Of a stretch of 64,000 bases of DNA, positions 26,997 through 40,024 are shown piece by piece. A program made the position numbers and the translations under genes. The notes under the pieces are model-generated. The model was not told the DNA's origin and searched no databases. It was given only the letters and a program-made list of their open reading frames with translations. Source of the stretch: Felis catus (Eukaryota). The stretch is from assembly GCF_018350175.1 (NCBI RefSeq), contig NC_058368.1, positions 122,576,001 to 122,640,000 on the forward strand. Direction: 5' to 3'. Within the stretch, counting starts at the first letter, position 1, and every line of letters starts with the position of its first letter.

Positions 26997-27653
26997 GAGA
27001 GAGAGAGACAGAAAGAGAAAGGGAGAAAAATCCTCTTTCCGGTAGAAATCAAAGAAGGGTCCACAGAGGCCCTATCAAAGTAGATCTTGGGAAAAATCAC
27101 TGGTCTGGACACACAGGTATGGCCAAAGGTAATTCTGATCAGAGTTGGGGGGGGGGGGGACAATAATTCATAACAAGCATTTACTGAAACCTTCTTATGG
27201 ACTACAAACTCTTCAAAGAGTTCAATGTATCCACAGAGAAATGCTAAGAATTACATGTTGTTATTCTCCTCATTGAATTGATGAAGACATGAAAGCTTAT
27301 GGGGAGGCTGGCTCATGGCCCGACATCACGTAACCAGTTGCTTGGAGAGCCAGTATTATCAGGGCAAGAAATGTACTTCTATGGGACAGCGTGGTGTTGG
27401 GCAGGGTCCCTGATGCCTAGGATCCTAGAATGGGGGATGCAAGAGACGGTCAGTGAAAGAGTTTGACCTTTATTCTGTGGATCCCGGAGCTCAAGAAGGA
27501 TTTTGGGAAAACAAATGAAATACAATCTCAAAGCAGAAAAGAAAATGAAGCTGACAGAATAACCAGAATAACTTTATCTCCAGAATAACTGGAGATAAAG
27601 GAGCTGGTTAGAGAGTCACAGCAAGTGGCCAGAGAAAAATACAAGAAACAACC

Positions 27654-28120
27654 TATACAGTTCAGGGTTCCAGGAAAGAGACAGAATATCCAAACTAGAT
27701 TATTAGAGAGTTTGACAAAGTGTGGGCAGGGTTTGGGAAATTAAATGGATGTGCAGCATCCCCAGGGCCAACCAAGAGCAGGGAGCCATGCCATCCCCAC
27801 GCCTGAAGTAGACAAGGGGAGGCAGTAATGACCCGGCTGAAGAGGGCAGCTTTATGGACGGCTCTGCCTGACAGGAGCTGTGACCTTCCAAAGTGGCATG
27901 CAGCCACTCCTCAGTGACCCAGCAGGAAGGAATCAGGAGGCCGAGATACCCGGTTGTTCACCCGCCATCCAATCTCCTAGTTGTGCCGCAGGAACTGACA
28001 CCACGTAGGAGCCCAAGGCCAAAGGGGTTGGAGACGAAGGCCAGACAGCGCCGGAGCCTGGAGCCGGGCAGGAAACGTGGACCGGGCAAGTGGAGAGTCA
28101 AGCCGAAAATATCCCACCCA
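27654..28120 (-). mobile_element. Solo ERVL LTR, LTR33-like
   Basis: tcagggttccaggaaagagacaga...gtgtgggcagggtttggg...gcctgacaggagctgtgaccttc...aatatcc matches the recalled reverse LTR33 consensus. Confidence 0.7.
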
Positions 28121-28729
28121 GTCCCTGAATATCCAACCACGGCACATGATGTCATACGCTGCAATACAGCCACACAATGGCTTGTCAGACAGCTATTTTT
28201 TAAACAAGCTAAATCTGTCTCTTGACTTTACAATAAGTCACAGATCAGTGTGACAAATATGATACTATTCTTGCAAAAGCAAAAAAAAAAAATACTACAT
28301 GTAAATGGGTTTATGATGTTTTTGTGTGAGCAGGAGAAAGGTCTGGAAGGATGTACACCACATTATTAATACTAGATATGGTAGGGGGAAGGGATGCAGA
28401 GGGAAGAGGTATGGAAAACTTAGAAACTTTTTCCTTTCTTTTTCTCCAGTATTTATTGACATTATTTCACTAGTTGCGCAAAGCATATGCCATTTTAACT
28501 GTTTTACAAGGGGGTTAATAAAGAAAATTATAAAGAGATAAAAGAACAGGGTGACTGCTATGCTCCAGGTGACAGCAAGAATATGGACTAGAAAATGCAT
28601 GGCATGCCATGGAGGAAAGCTAGAATTCACTCAGCAACTGAGGGGGAATGGAAAATGACATGTCTAAGTTGACCGAAGTTTCAAGGCAAGGTGGCCAGGA
28701 AGAACTTACGAATAAAAATGGAGAACAGA

Positions 28730-29042
28730 TTAGACTCCTATGTGGAACTTGAGAAACTTAAGAGAAGACCATGGGGGAAGGGAAGGGGGAAAAATAGTTA
28801 CAAACTAAGACGGAAGGACACAAATCATAAGAGACTCTTAAATACAGAGAACAAACTGAGGGTTGATAGGGGGGAGGGGTGGGGGGGAGGGGAAAATAGG
28901 TGATGGGCATTGAGGAGGTCACTTGTCAGGATGAGCACTGGGTGTTGTATGCAAGCGATGAATCACGGGAATCTACCCCCAAAACCAAGAGCACATTGTA
29001 TACACTGTATGTTAGCCAATTTGATAACAAATTATATTTTTA
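28730..29042 (+). mobile_element. 5'-truncated felid-type L1 (3'UTR only)
   Basis: G-rich L1 3'UTR with GATGAGCACTGGGTGTTGTATG; TSD AAAAATGGAGAACAGA at 28714-28729 and 29043-29058. Confidence 0.88.
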
Positions 29043-30239
29043 AAAAATGGAGAACAGAAAAGAGTAACAAAGTTGAGGTGTAAGAGTATAAATAACAATT
29101 CTGAGGTGCTGGTCAACCACACAGCCATGAAGCAAAGTTAGAGATGGAGGCCTGTGATTTAGGAGAATGGGCAGGTGTCAACGGACGGACTGGAGCTAAT
29201 GCCCTACTCAAAATGGCGATACCAACTGAAAGGCAACAAAGGACAGTAGAAAGACTCTGGGAATGGGGGTCAGAAGCCCTGGATTCTGGTCTTAGCTCTG
29301 TGACCCTGAGCAAGGCACTGGGCCTCTCTGGGCTACTATCCAATGAGTGGTATTCCCTTCCTCTTTTAGAAGCGGACTCCTCTTTGATCATTTCCGACTG
29401 GCAGCTGGCTTTGACTGGGCCTTTAGAATGACAGGGAAGCCTACTGAATTCCAACCCTATTGCTTCTCGGAAACAAGAAACTCTTTCACTGAGGCTGAAA
29501 GCCGGCCCAAGGCAATTGCCAGAGGAGAAATGCGGGCTCGGGCCTCAGAATGTGTGAGCGGCACCTTCAAATGATAGGCGACTGTTCCCCATCTATTTGT
29601 GGAGGCCACAGGGATTCTTCTCCAAGTCTGACCTTGTACTTTTAAAATTGGCGGGGCTGCCCAGGCATTGCGGTTATAAGCACACAACCACTGGCTTATG
29701 CAACTTCCCAAAACTGGTCCTGTGGTGGATGCATTAAGAGAACATACAGCTGTGATGTTCCAGCTCACATCACGTGGCTGCAGAAAGGGTCCTTGGAGAG
29801 AGATCGTGGGAGGAAGGGACTGTTTCCAAGACGTTTCCCACTTTGTTCTGCCTTGGAGCCCAGACGTCAGAGATTGGGTCTGTACAGGAGAGCAAAGAGG
29901 GGCCTCATCATTCACTTTGTAGCTAAAGAACCCAAGTGATGAATCAGTGCCAGATGGATTGGGGAAAGGGGAAGGGCTGTGGAGTCCCAGTCCTTGCTGC
30001 AAAATGAGGAAAATGATATCCACCCCAAAGGACTCAAGTGAAAATTAAGCCCAAATTCTGGTGCATGGTAGGTGCTTGATAAATGCAGGTTTCTTTACAG
30101 GTTGGGACACAAATCTCAGGTCAGCGCTTCTCACCTGGATGCCTGCTCACTCTCTCCTCTATCCCTGAAAAATAGCTTGGCTTTTCATTTCTTTTTAGTG
30201 TGTACATGTATGTGTTTCTATATCTTTATTTATAAGGGG

Positions 30240-30428
30240 TTTTTTTAGCTTATTTATTTATTCTGAGAGAGAAAGGGTGGGGGGGAGCAGAGAGAGGGGG
30301 ACAGAGGATCCAAAGCAGGCTCTACGCAGACAGCAGAGAGCCCTATGCAAGGCCCGAACCCATGAACCACGAGATCGTGACCTGCGCTGAAGTCGGACGC
30401 TCAACTGACTGAGCCACCCAAGCTCCCC
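30240..30428 (-). mobile_element. Can-SINE lying in or next to the tail of the adjacent SINE
   Basis: Reverse SINEC body ending gagccacccaagctcccc. Confidence 0.85.
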
Positions 30429-30434
30429 TTTAAG

Positions 30435-30701
30435 TTTTTTGGTTTTTTGTGGGGTTTTTTGTTTTGTTTTTTTAGGGTTTGTTTTTTGTTTTGTTCTGTT
30501 TTGTTTTGTTTGTTTTTTGAGAGAGAGAGAAAGCACGTGCAGGAGAGAGGCAGAGAGAGAAAGAGGGAGAGAATCCCAAGCAGGCTCCACGATGACAGCA
30601 CTTGAGCTTGAAGAGGGGCTCGAACTCACGAACCATGAGATCATTACATGAGCCAAAATCAAGAGTTGGAAACTCAACTGACTGAGCCACCCAGGTTCCC
30701 C
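30435..30701 (-). mobile_element. Can-SINE with long degenerate (GTTTT)n tail
   Basis: Reverse SINEC body ending gagccacccaggttcccc. Confidence 0.85.
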
Positions 30702-31779
30702 ATGTGTGTCTATGTATCTTAACTATCTTCCTATAAGAACCCAAATACTTCCTAAGGAGTACGGGGAGCTGAGGGGATGGACCAGTTCACTCTTTCTTCT
30801 GGCTCTTTCTGGACACAATTCGCAGACAATGGTAATAACTGATTCTCTTGGTTGGTTTTCTCTCTGCCTAGAAACCTGCAAACCCACAGCTCTGTTTTTA
30901 TTTGACAGATAGGTGATTATTAAAGAAGTAGCTATTTTTTCACTCTTGAGCCCCAAACTTCTCCAAGTTCTACTGGGCAGAGAAAACTGCAGGTGCTCTG
31001 AGAACAAGGACTTCAAGCAGTCAGGTGGACTTTGAATGAAATGAACCCTTGAAATAAATACAATTGAGCCTCCATTTAAAAATGATCAGAACTCAAAAAA
31101 TGAGATTGGCAGGCAGTTAATCCTATAACAAAAAGCTTGTTCACACAATAGGCACCTCCTAGAATGTACTTAAGACTGCCTTTTCTATTTGCAAATATCA
31201 TGCTGCAATCACAAGACTACATTCCCCATTCTTGAAAGCCTGCAGACTTCATTCCTACCTGCCAAGTCTTGACGTTGCTTCTCTGCTTCATAATCACTAT
31301 TTAACATTCTCGGATTCTAACATCAGGAGAATCATCTTTTGAAATAATTCCCAAATAGTCCGTTCTTTTATGACCTGTCCCTGCTCAGAAATGTTTCAAA
31401 AAGTGGTACAAAGACTGAAGTTTAGAGTTGCAAATGTTTGATGCATACCCAAGCAAGATGTGCATGGTGACATGTTTCCAATTGTGTCTAAAAAACAGCA
31501 AACATATAACAAGAAGCTTTGCAAGTGCCATCAAGTTGGCTCAGAGAGAGCAGGTTTCCATCCACGTGTTACCACTTTTGTCCATTATCCCAAATCTTGT
31601 CACCTTCATTCACTGTCTCATTCATTCTAGGTTAGAGTGAGCCAAGCCTTGGTGACACAGTGGGGAAGGACACAGACGTGATCCCTCTTACCAAAGAGCA
31701 GATACCTCAATAGCCCTCTGACAACCCTGTTTCTTTGACACCTGTTTTCCGCAAACCACTGGCCCTAAGGAAAGCACAT

Positions 31780-32530
31780 TAGCTTTTCATTCACTGATCT
31801 ATTTATCCATTCATTCTGTCACTTAATGTTTACAAATGCCTCCTAGTCACAGTACATGAACAAAAATAAATTCTCTGTCATTGTACTGCAGTGGTTGAAA
31901 AAGCAAAGAATAAGTAAGTTAACTAAATTAATAACTTAATTTCAACAGCAGACAGTGGAATTCAGAAAGAAGGCAAGGGGACAGTGGAGGCTTGGAAGAG
32001 TCTGGAACTGCTTCTGATTATGTTTTCAAAGAAGGCATGTCTAAGAAGCTGTCAGCTGAACAGAACTCTGAATGATCTGAGGGAGCAAACCAAGGAGAGG
32101 ACTGCTCTTAGGAAAGACTGTTCCCCACTCCCAGGGAGCAGCAAGCACAGCAGTTCGGAGCTGCAGGTGAACGTGTCAGGTCCCAGGGAGTGCGAGGGCA
32201 AAGGATGACTGATGCAAGTCACTGAGGACCGGTTGGCAGGACTGGGAGTCTGGGGAGGAAGTCACAGGGCCAAGCCAGATGGAACCTTGACAGCCACTGT
32301 CTCTTTTACTCCAAGTGCAACAGATGTTGGAGCTGGGGAAGTGACTTGATCTCATTTACGTTTTTAAAGGATCACCTTGGTTATGCATAAAGAATGACCT
32401 CATGTGTAGGTAAAGTGGAAGCACAAAGATCAGTTAAGGGGTTGCTTCAATAAGACAATGGAGGCTTGAGCTAGGATGGTGCTGAGTGATGAGAAATAGT
32501 GAGAAGTGATTGGATTCAGATTCCACTCTG
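31780..32530 (-). mobile_element. L2 relic
   Basis: cattcattc start and tttttaaaggatcacc...gtgagaagtgattggattcaga antisense L2 motifs. Confidence 0.6.
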
Positions 32531-33309
32531 ATGCTGAGCTGGTATATAGCTGAGCTGAGCCTTAAGGCCAGTTTCTGCCGAAAACAAACCCTATCCACCT
32601 CCCAACTTGAAAGTGTCTTCCTTACCAATAAAGGCCGAGTAGCTTTAACCTCTACATTTAAGCACTGCTAGACCACACAAAACAGGGAGGACGGAGCGGC
32701 AAGAGAGCCATTTACATTCAATAAATAAAGCACCTCATATTTCCCATATGATTTCCCACATTTCCCATATTACTCTTTGGGTTTACCAGTAGATCAAATT
32801 AATTTGATTTTTTTTTTTTCTTTTTTAGCTGACTGAATATTTATCAGGCCTTACTGCTGAAAATTCTTCTAAGCTATGCCATTATAAAACTCTGGCATAG
32901 ATAGTTCCCACATCCACTCATGTCAACAGATGTATGGGTCCGGATTCCTGCTTTAGCAAATGTGACCCAGTGTGGGTAACTGATTCCCCTTCGAAGGGTC
33001 AGATTTCTTAAGGGCCTGGGGTCCATCATCCCAAACCTTAATTCTTCACTCTGTACAACTGCCCATTTTGCAAGTAAAGGTATGAACCACTTGGGAAGAC
33101 TTTGTAGTACAACTCAACTGGCTTAATTATCTTTTAAAATCTCCCTGATCTCTATATTTATCCTAAAATCAGGGGCAAAATTTTTCCTGTCCAATCCATT
33201 AAGTGGATTTTAAGTCACTGAGGTTCAGGAATAAGTGTTTTCTTCTTCCTAACTTTAAACAACTAGATAATACTGGTGACCAAACAGCTTGGATTAACTT
33301 CCTTATTGG

Positions 33310-33500
33310 GAAGTAGCATCATGTACTAAGTAAGGGTTTAAAGTTAGACAAGGAGGTGAATTGGGAGCTCGCTCTATTAGTTACTTACTCACTGGGTAAC
33401 TTTACATAAGCTAACTTTCGGAATCTCAGTTTCTTCATCTGTAAAGTGGAACTATTAATAATTACCATCTAGGCATAAGGAGGAATGAGATGCCATTTAC
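33310..33500 (+). mobile_element. MIR
   Basis: ctcagtttcttcatctgtaaagtgg core. Confidence 0.65.
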
Positions 33501-33647
33501 AATATTACAACTAAAAATCAGTTAGGATAGGATCTAATAGGACATAATTTCTCACACTAATCATTTAGGTTTCTCTTTTCTGTTCATTGAGAACTTCCCA
33601 AGTTTGAAGATTTGAGTTTTTAAATGTCTTTGCCCTTAACTTCCCCC

Positions 33648-34025
33648 AGTATTAGTTTGCTAGGGCTACCATAACAAAGTCCCACAGGCTGAGCGTCTTA
33701 AACAAAGGATTTTTTTTTTTTCTCATAATCTGGAAACTAGAAGTTCAAGATCAAGGTGTGGGCAGGACTGGTTTTCCTCTGATGTTTCTCTCCTTGACTT
33801 ATAGGTGGCCTTCTCCATCTTATGTCTGCAGATGGTCTCACTCTGTGACTAGGTCCTAATCTCTTCTTACAGAGCCAATCATAATGGATTAGGGCCCACT
33901 CCAATGACCTCATACTTTAATCATTTCTTTTAAGGCCCTATCACCAAATCCAGTCACATTCTGAGATACTGGGGGTTAGGAACTCAACACTAGAACTTTG
34001 AGGGGACAAATTTCAGCCCTTAACA
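33648..34025 (-). mobile_element. Solo MaLR LTR, MLT1B-like
   Basis: Reverse complement reads TGTTAAGGGCTGAA...CCTAACCCCCAGTATCTCAGAATGTGACT...CCTAGCAAACTAATAC, about 380 bp, matching the MLT1B layout. Confidence 0.85.
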
Positions 34026-35520
34026 CATCCTCAACCTTTTCACCTCAAAAAAAAAAAAAAAAAAAAAAAAGTATGAGAAATGCTCTGAACTAAAGCAAAA
34101 GAAACAGATTCTATGCTTCTTTTTTCTTTTTCCTTAACTGTTTTGCTGTGTGACCTTTGGCAAATTATTTTCCCTCTTTGGCCCATATTTTCTTAATCAT
34201 TAAAATGAAGGGGTTGTAATAATGGATCCCTTATTTTTCTGCCTGCCCTCAACTGAGCAAAGCTAAGTTTTCCCCATAATTTCTCACATCAAAGACAATC
34301 TGAGATAGAGCATGCAATAAAGTAACTGAAATAAAAACAAAACAAAACAAAACATACCTTCTTTGTGGAATCAGCCCAGGATGAAGTCTCTAGAAGCAGA
34401 GTATTAAATCCAATTGCTTTAAAACCTTCTAAGTTGTTTACGCCCTCTGTCTCTGTAAGGCCATAATTTAAACCAATTTACTTGGATAAACCAGAAACCT
34501 CAAGCTGAATTTATCAATATCCCCCAAACAAAGTAATCTCATCAAGACTGGGGACACAAATTGGCTTTGAGGGAAAGAGTATATGATTTCAAATAAAGGT
34601 CTCCTTGAAAGAATTAAAGGGGGGGGGGGGGAGGACTTTTAAAAACAAACGTACATACACACAGGGAATGTAAAATTAAAACCAGCTTCCAAGCTCCTAG
34701 GTTAAGCCATTAAGGAGAGGAGAGAAGGAGCTGGGCACGTCTTCCCCTCCAGCTGCGTAGCCTCAGGTCTCAGGACACTGTGTACCTCTACAAATGTCAC
34801 AGCTGCAGCGACTCAGACAGGCAAGCAAGGGTGGCAGTGAGAAAACCAATGTGCTCCCTCAAGAGCAGAAGAAGAGAGAGGGAAAGCGGAACTCTCCATG
34901 GGAAACGGCCCGGCTGCCAAAGCAATCAGAGCAATGACAAGCACGTTGGAGGGCGATGAAAGATGGCGGGATGCAAATCTGTAGCCCATCAGTCTTGAGC
35001 TGAGAAACTCTGGGCAGGTCACTCAACCTGTCATCCTCTAACAGCTTTTGACTTAACTTCAGCTAAAAAAAAAAAAAAGCCACTGGAAACAAATCCATAA
35101 TTTCACTTTTGTTGTTAAGACCAAGATCCTGGAAACCAACAAAAAAATTGAACAAAGTGGGATGGATTAATTTAACCAGATCCCCAAGCACTGGGATAAT
35201 ACGTGGGTTTTGTAAATTATGGTATGGAAGAATATTTGAAACATGGAAAGATGCCATAACATATTGTGGAACGAAAGGCAGGACATAAAACAGCATAATA
35301 CTATGTGGTACGATTTTAATAAATGGCATCTATAGTCATAAGAAACAATTCTAGATGGGTGTACTCAGAGAATTTATAATGGCTGTCTCTGAGTAATTTA
35401 ACTCTAGTTATTTGTATTGTTCTCATTTTGTTTGTTTTTGGTAAAATTTTCTATAACCCTCATGCTGTTTTTTGTATTTGAAAAAAAAAATCCTACTTAA
35501 TTTTAAAATCTCTGTGCTGC

Positions 35521-35742
35521 GGGGAGCCTGGGTGGCTTAACTGGTTAAGCGTCCGACTTCCACTCAGGTCATGACCCCACAGTTTGTGAGTTCGAGCCCC
35601 ACGTGGGGCTCTGTGCTTACAGCTCAGAGCCTGGAGCCTGTTTCAGCTTCTGTGTCTCCCTCTCTGCCCCTCCCCTGCTCACGCTGTCTGTCTGTCTGTC
35701 TCTGTCTCTCTCAAAAATAAATAAACATTTAAAAAAATAAAT
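35521..35742 (+). mobile_element. Can-SINE
   Basis: GGGGAGCCTGGGTGGC head; partial TSD aaatctctg. Confidence 0.87.
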
Positions 35743-38255
35743 AAATCTCTGCGTCCTACCATAAACCAAACAGTAGAAGCAGCCCTAATTCATTCAGTCC
35801 CGCTTGCATCTCCGTTTCTTCATCTGTAAGGCAAGTCTAGACTAAAATAATCTCTAAGGGAACTCCGACTCTATGAATCTCACAGAGCTACATGTAATCA
35901 AAACCTCAACAGAATCTTGCTTTGGATTTATGGAGAAGCTGGGGAGTGTCCTGTAGGCTATGGAATGAGAAGGAAGGATTCAAATTCATGTCAAGAAGAA
36001 ACCCTCATTGGTATTTTTGTTAATTCAATGCAAAATGGCCTTCATTGGTACGAGGGGTGGCCCCCTAACAGGTTGGCCCTGTAGATATAACAGTCTGCAG
36101 CTACTCAGGACATGGGAAGCGAGGCTGCCCCTAAAGGGAAGACTGGAGGGCTTCCGGAACCAGGCAGTGCTCATGCAGAGGAGGGCACCAAATGGCTGTT
36201 CTCTGCACCTCCCAGAAAACCTCAGCCTGCTCACACCTCACAGGAAACAGGTGCAGAGAAGGACTTAACCCTGGACTTGAATTAAAGGCACTCCAATTTG
36301 AACCACTGTCTCGTGACACTGGAGGTGGGAGATGATAAAAGAAGGGAGAATGTAAGGTAACTCTGCAGGGCAGAGTTAAGACTGTGGGCTGACTAAGTTT
36401 GAATTTTGGTGCCACCGCTGAAGGCTTGTGTGATCCTAAGCAAATTTTCTGACCTAAGTTTCCTCCTCAATAAAATGGGAAGAGTGAGTTGGAAATCCAT
36501 CTAGGTAACTGCACAGTTTTGAGGATTACATGAAATAATGAAAGAAAACCACTTAGCACAGGATGAGATAAATGCTTGTTGTCATTGTTACTGATATTAG
36601 AAGTAGGAGTAAACTAATTTCCCCTCTGTGTTCTAGACTAGATGCTCCAGGGACAAGCACTACATTGCTAAGTCCAGAGCCAATGGTCAATAGTTATTAT
36701 ATAATCAAAAAATAGTTAATGCTATTATACTTGATCATGTTATACATCACATATTCTAATATATAAAGTATTTCAAGTGCTTTCTGACCTGAAGTTTTAG
36801 GTTCCATAAATACATTTGGATTCTTCATTTTGCCTTCTCTTGTAAGTGCTCCCTTTGAAAGGATCTAGTGACTATTATTATACAGAGATTATTGAGACCA
36901 TAAACTATATGGTTTACAGCCAGGGATGAACTTGGTAAAACGTGCTTGAAGTTTAACTATCCTCACCCATCAAAGCAAAAAAATGAACTTCAGAATAATT
37001 GCTAATCACAGGAATAGCTCCAAATACAAGCCCCGAGAAAGTGGACAGATGCAAAGGAGTGACGGACTAAAAATCTTTGAGTAAACACACACACAAAAGC
37101 ATAGGAACATTCCATCTAAAAGGCTAACCCTAAACCGGAAAGCAAAAAAGAACTATGGGCGACTCCTTCACCAAGCTTTCTAAAAGGAGGAGTTTTCTGT
37201 ACAAATGCAGACTGGCCTCTCTAACTGCTGCTAATAATTCCAATGGCTTGTGGTTTCTATGCAAAGACAGAAAGGCTTCAATTAAGACCTATGTTAGATC
37301 CTGGTTCAAAAAGTCACGGTGACGACTTTGTCTATTTGAAGGAAAGCATAAAGGTCTCTTTAAATCATTTGCTGGAAGAGAAACAACAGGTCCGTTTGCA
37401 AGCAAGAAGTACCCAGGTAGGCCCTGACACAGGCTGAGAATGAGGCCAGAAGCAGGATTTGGAAGAAGAGGAGGAAGGGAGGCCTGAGAAGAGAGAAGAA
37501 CAAATGAGGGCTGGGCTCCGACTGCCCAAGTCAGAGTTGAGCCGGAGTTGACTCGGCTTGCTCTGCTAATGGGCTGTATGTTTCTCCTGGCTCTGATTTC
37601 GTGCCGGTTTCTGAGAGCCAAGCCTTCTCTCGTAAAAGCTAATATTCAAGGGAGCTGTCAGTGAAAGGGAGGAGGATGTACAAGCACAAATGTATGCACA
37701 TTTCTGGTCATCTTCTGATCATCTTCTGACTTGAAATTATTCCAGCAAACTAAGTGTTAAATGTATCCATTCATTCAACAAATATTTACAGAGGGCTTAA
37801 TATGTGCCAGCCAAAGACTAAGTGCTACAGATTCAGTGGTAACAAAACCAAAACCACCCCTACCCCATGGGGTGTCCATGGCATGATTTGGCCTTTGGGG
37901 ATGGGCTATTTCCATTGGATGGCAGCCATTACCCTTAAAATACTGGCAAGAGCAACTGGAAAGAGCTTGGTGGAGCATATATAGACTTGGAGCTGTTTTC
38001 TGCTGTTTTGCCTATTTGTTTGACCAGTCCAGACTTGGGACAATCTGTCACCTTCGTGCCCTTGATGATGGTAGCCTTACCCAAAAGAGAGACTGTATGT
38101 GTCAGCAAAGGAATCATGGTCTCATATTAATAATACTCATTTGAAATAATACCAAAGTTCTGCTAAGGAAAGGACCTATCAGTCATCATTACTCCATTTC
38201 TCTCTTGCACAGAGTCTATTAATCAAGTCTACCATCTGAGAAAAAGCCTGGGATT

Positions 38256-38477
38256 AAAAAAAATTTTTTTTTTAACGTTTATTTATTTTTTGAGACAGAG
38301 AGAGACAGAGCATGAATGGGGGAGGGTCAGAGAGAGAGGGAGACACAGAATCTGAAGCAGGCTCCGGGCTCCGAGCTGTCAGCACAGAGCCCGACATGGG
38401 GCTCGAACTCACAGACTGTGAGATCATGACTCAAGCTGAAGTCGGATGCTCAACCGACTGAGCCACCCAGGTGCCCC
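38256..38477 (-). mobile_element. Can-SINE
   Basis: TSD AAGCCTGGGATT at 38244-38255 and 38478-38489. Confidence 0.92.
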
Positions 38478-39791
38478 AAGCCTGGGATTTTAAGTGTAAA
38501 AGGCAAGCAACCAAAGACCCTTATACCCAACACAGATTTGGGCTGGTCGCATTCAGTTTAAGCCCTGATTTTTTTCTCACTATGTTCTTTTCCCTCATGG
38601 GAAGGACTTAGAATTCTTCTCTGAATTCAGAACATAGTGACAAGGGCTGATCAAGATCTCAGGACAAAGAGAAGACAAAATAAGGCTCACAGGGTCATCT
38701 GCTCTGGCAGGGACCTTGTGGATCATTTAGTTCAATGCCCTCATTTGACTGACGCAGAATTGAGAGGGATAATAAGGGTTTGCCCAAAGTCACATATAAA
38801 TTAGAGGCAAGGGCAGGTCTGAACCACGACATGCTAACACTCCATCCATGGTTGCCCTTCCCTGTCAAAAAAACATGAGGGCCCCTGTTCTCTGCTAGCC
38901 AGCAGACCCCTCTCTTAAAAACTCAAGTCTCGCTTTTTCCTGCATATCTCATTGCCCAGTGCTTCCCAGGAAAAAAGAGATTAATTAAGCTATGAGAAAC
39001 GTGTCCTTGAATTCCAGATGTCCCAAATAGGTTCCTGGACCACTCTAGAGTGGAGCTCCCCCATCTGGCTTAGAGTGCTGGGCATGCCCTATATTTCTCT
39101 GGCACAATGGGAACAGAGAGCTTGGCTCCTTCTGTGTCTGGGAAGCGGACAGGGACAGAGTGAGAAGGGGCCTTGGGCCCAGATCTGCACTTATGCAGGA
39201 CAGGAAAATAGCATCTGCTTTTCCACCCTTCACTCCTACATGCATCTGGGCAAAAGCCAGGAGCTAACTCAGACAGCTGGCAAAGCAATGCGGGAGCCAC
39301 TGTTAGAAGGACATTGCACTCACTCAGTTGTTGTTCAGGTGGTGATGTGATAGGTTTGGCCAGATCTTCCCCACTCATTCCACCCTGTGAACAGGGACCA
39401 GCATTTGTGAGCTAACAGGTGTGGACAGCTGGAGGTGATGGGGGTGGGGAAAACCACCTGTGGACACTGAGTGACTGCTTTCCTGCCTAAGAAACCAACT
39501 CACGCCCGGAGGGATCAATCCCAGAATCCTGCCTTTCCGAATGTGTGACGTTAGTCAAGGAAGGTACTTAAACTCTTGGAGTCTCTCTCCAGAGTGCAAA
39601 ATGATGGTGAATCATTGCAGCTAGAGGAGCTGTTGTGCATCAAATGAGGTAATCCATGTAGTTTGTGCTAAGACACTCAGTAAATGGTAGTTATTAAAAG
39701 CTCTACTATGCTCAGGCCCATCTTCCTAACCACTGACTTCCCTACGATCTAATTAGCAGAAGAAAGTTCCTCAAGAGAAGTTGTTTCTGTT

Positions 39792-40024
39792 TTTTTTCTG
39801 TTTTTTTTTTTAATTTTTTTTAACGTTTATTTATTTTTGAGACAGAGAGAGACAGAGCATGAACGGGGGAGGGTCAGAGAGAGAGGGAGACACAGAATCT
39901 GAAACAGGCTCCAGGCTCTGAGCGGTCAGCACAGAGCCCGACGCGGGGCTCGAACTCACCGACTGTGAGATCGTGACCCGAGCCGAAGTCGGCCGCTTAA
40001 CCGACTGAGCCACCCAGGCGCCCC
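39792..40024 (-). mobile_element. Young Can-SINE
   Basis: CpG-rich, near consensus; TSD GAAGTTGTTTCTGTT at 39777-39791 and 40026-40040. Confidence 0.93.

Noticed and set aside
29457..30023. 188-aa minus-strand ORF
   Set aside because: Non-ATG start, no motifs, ordinary intronic composition.
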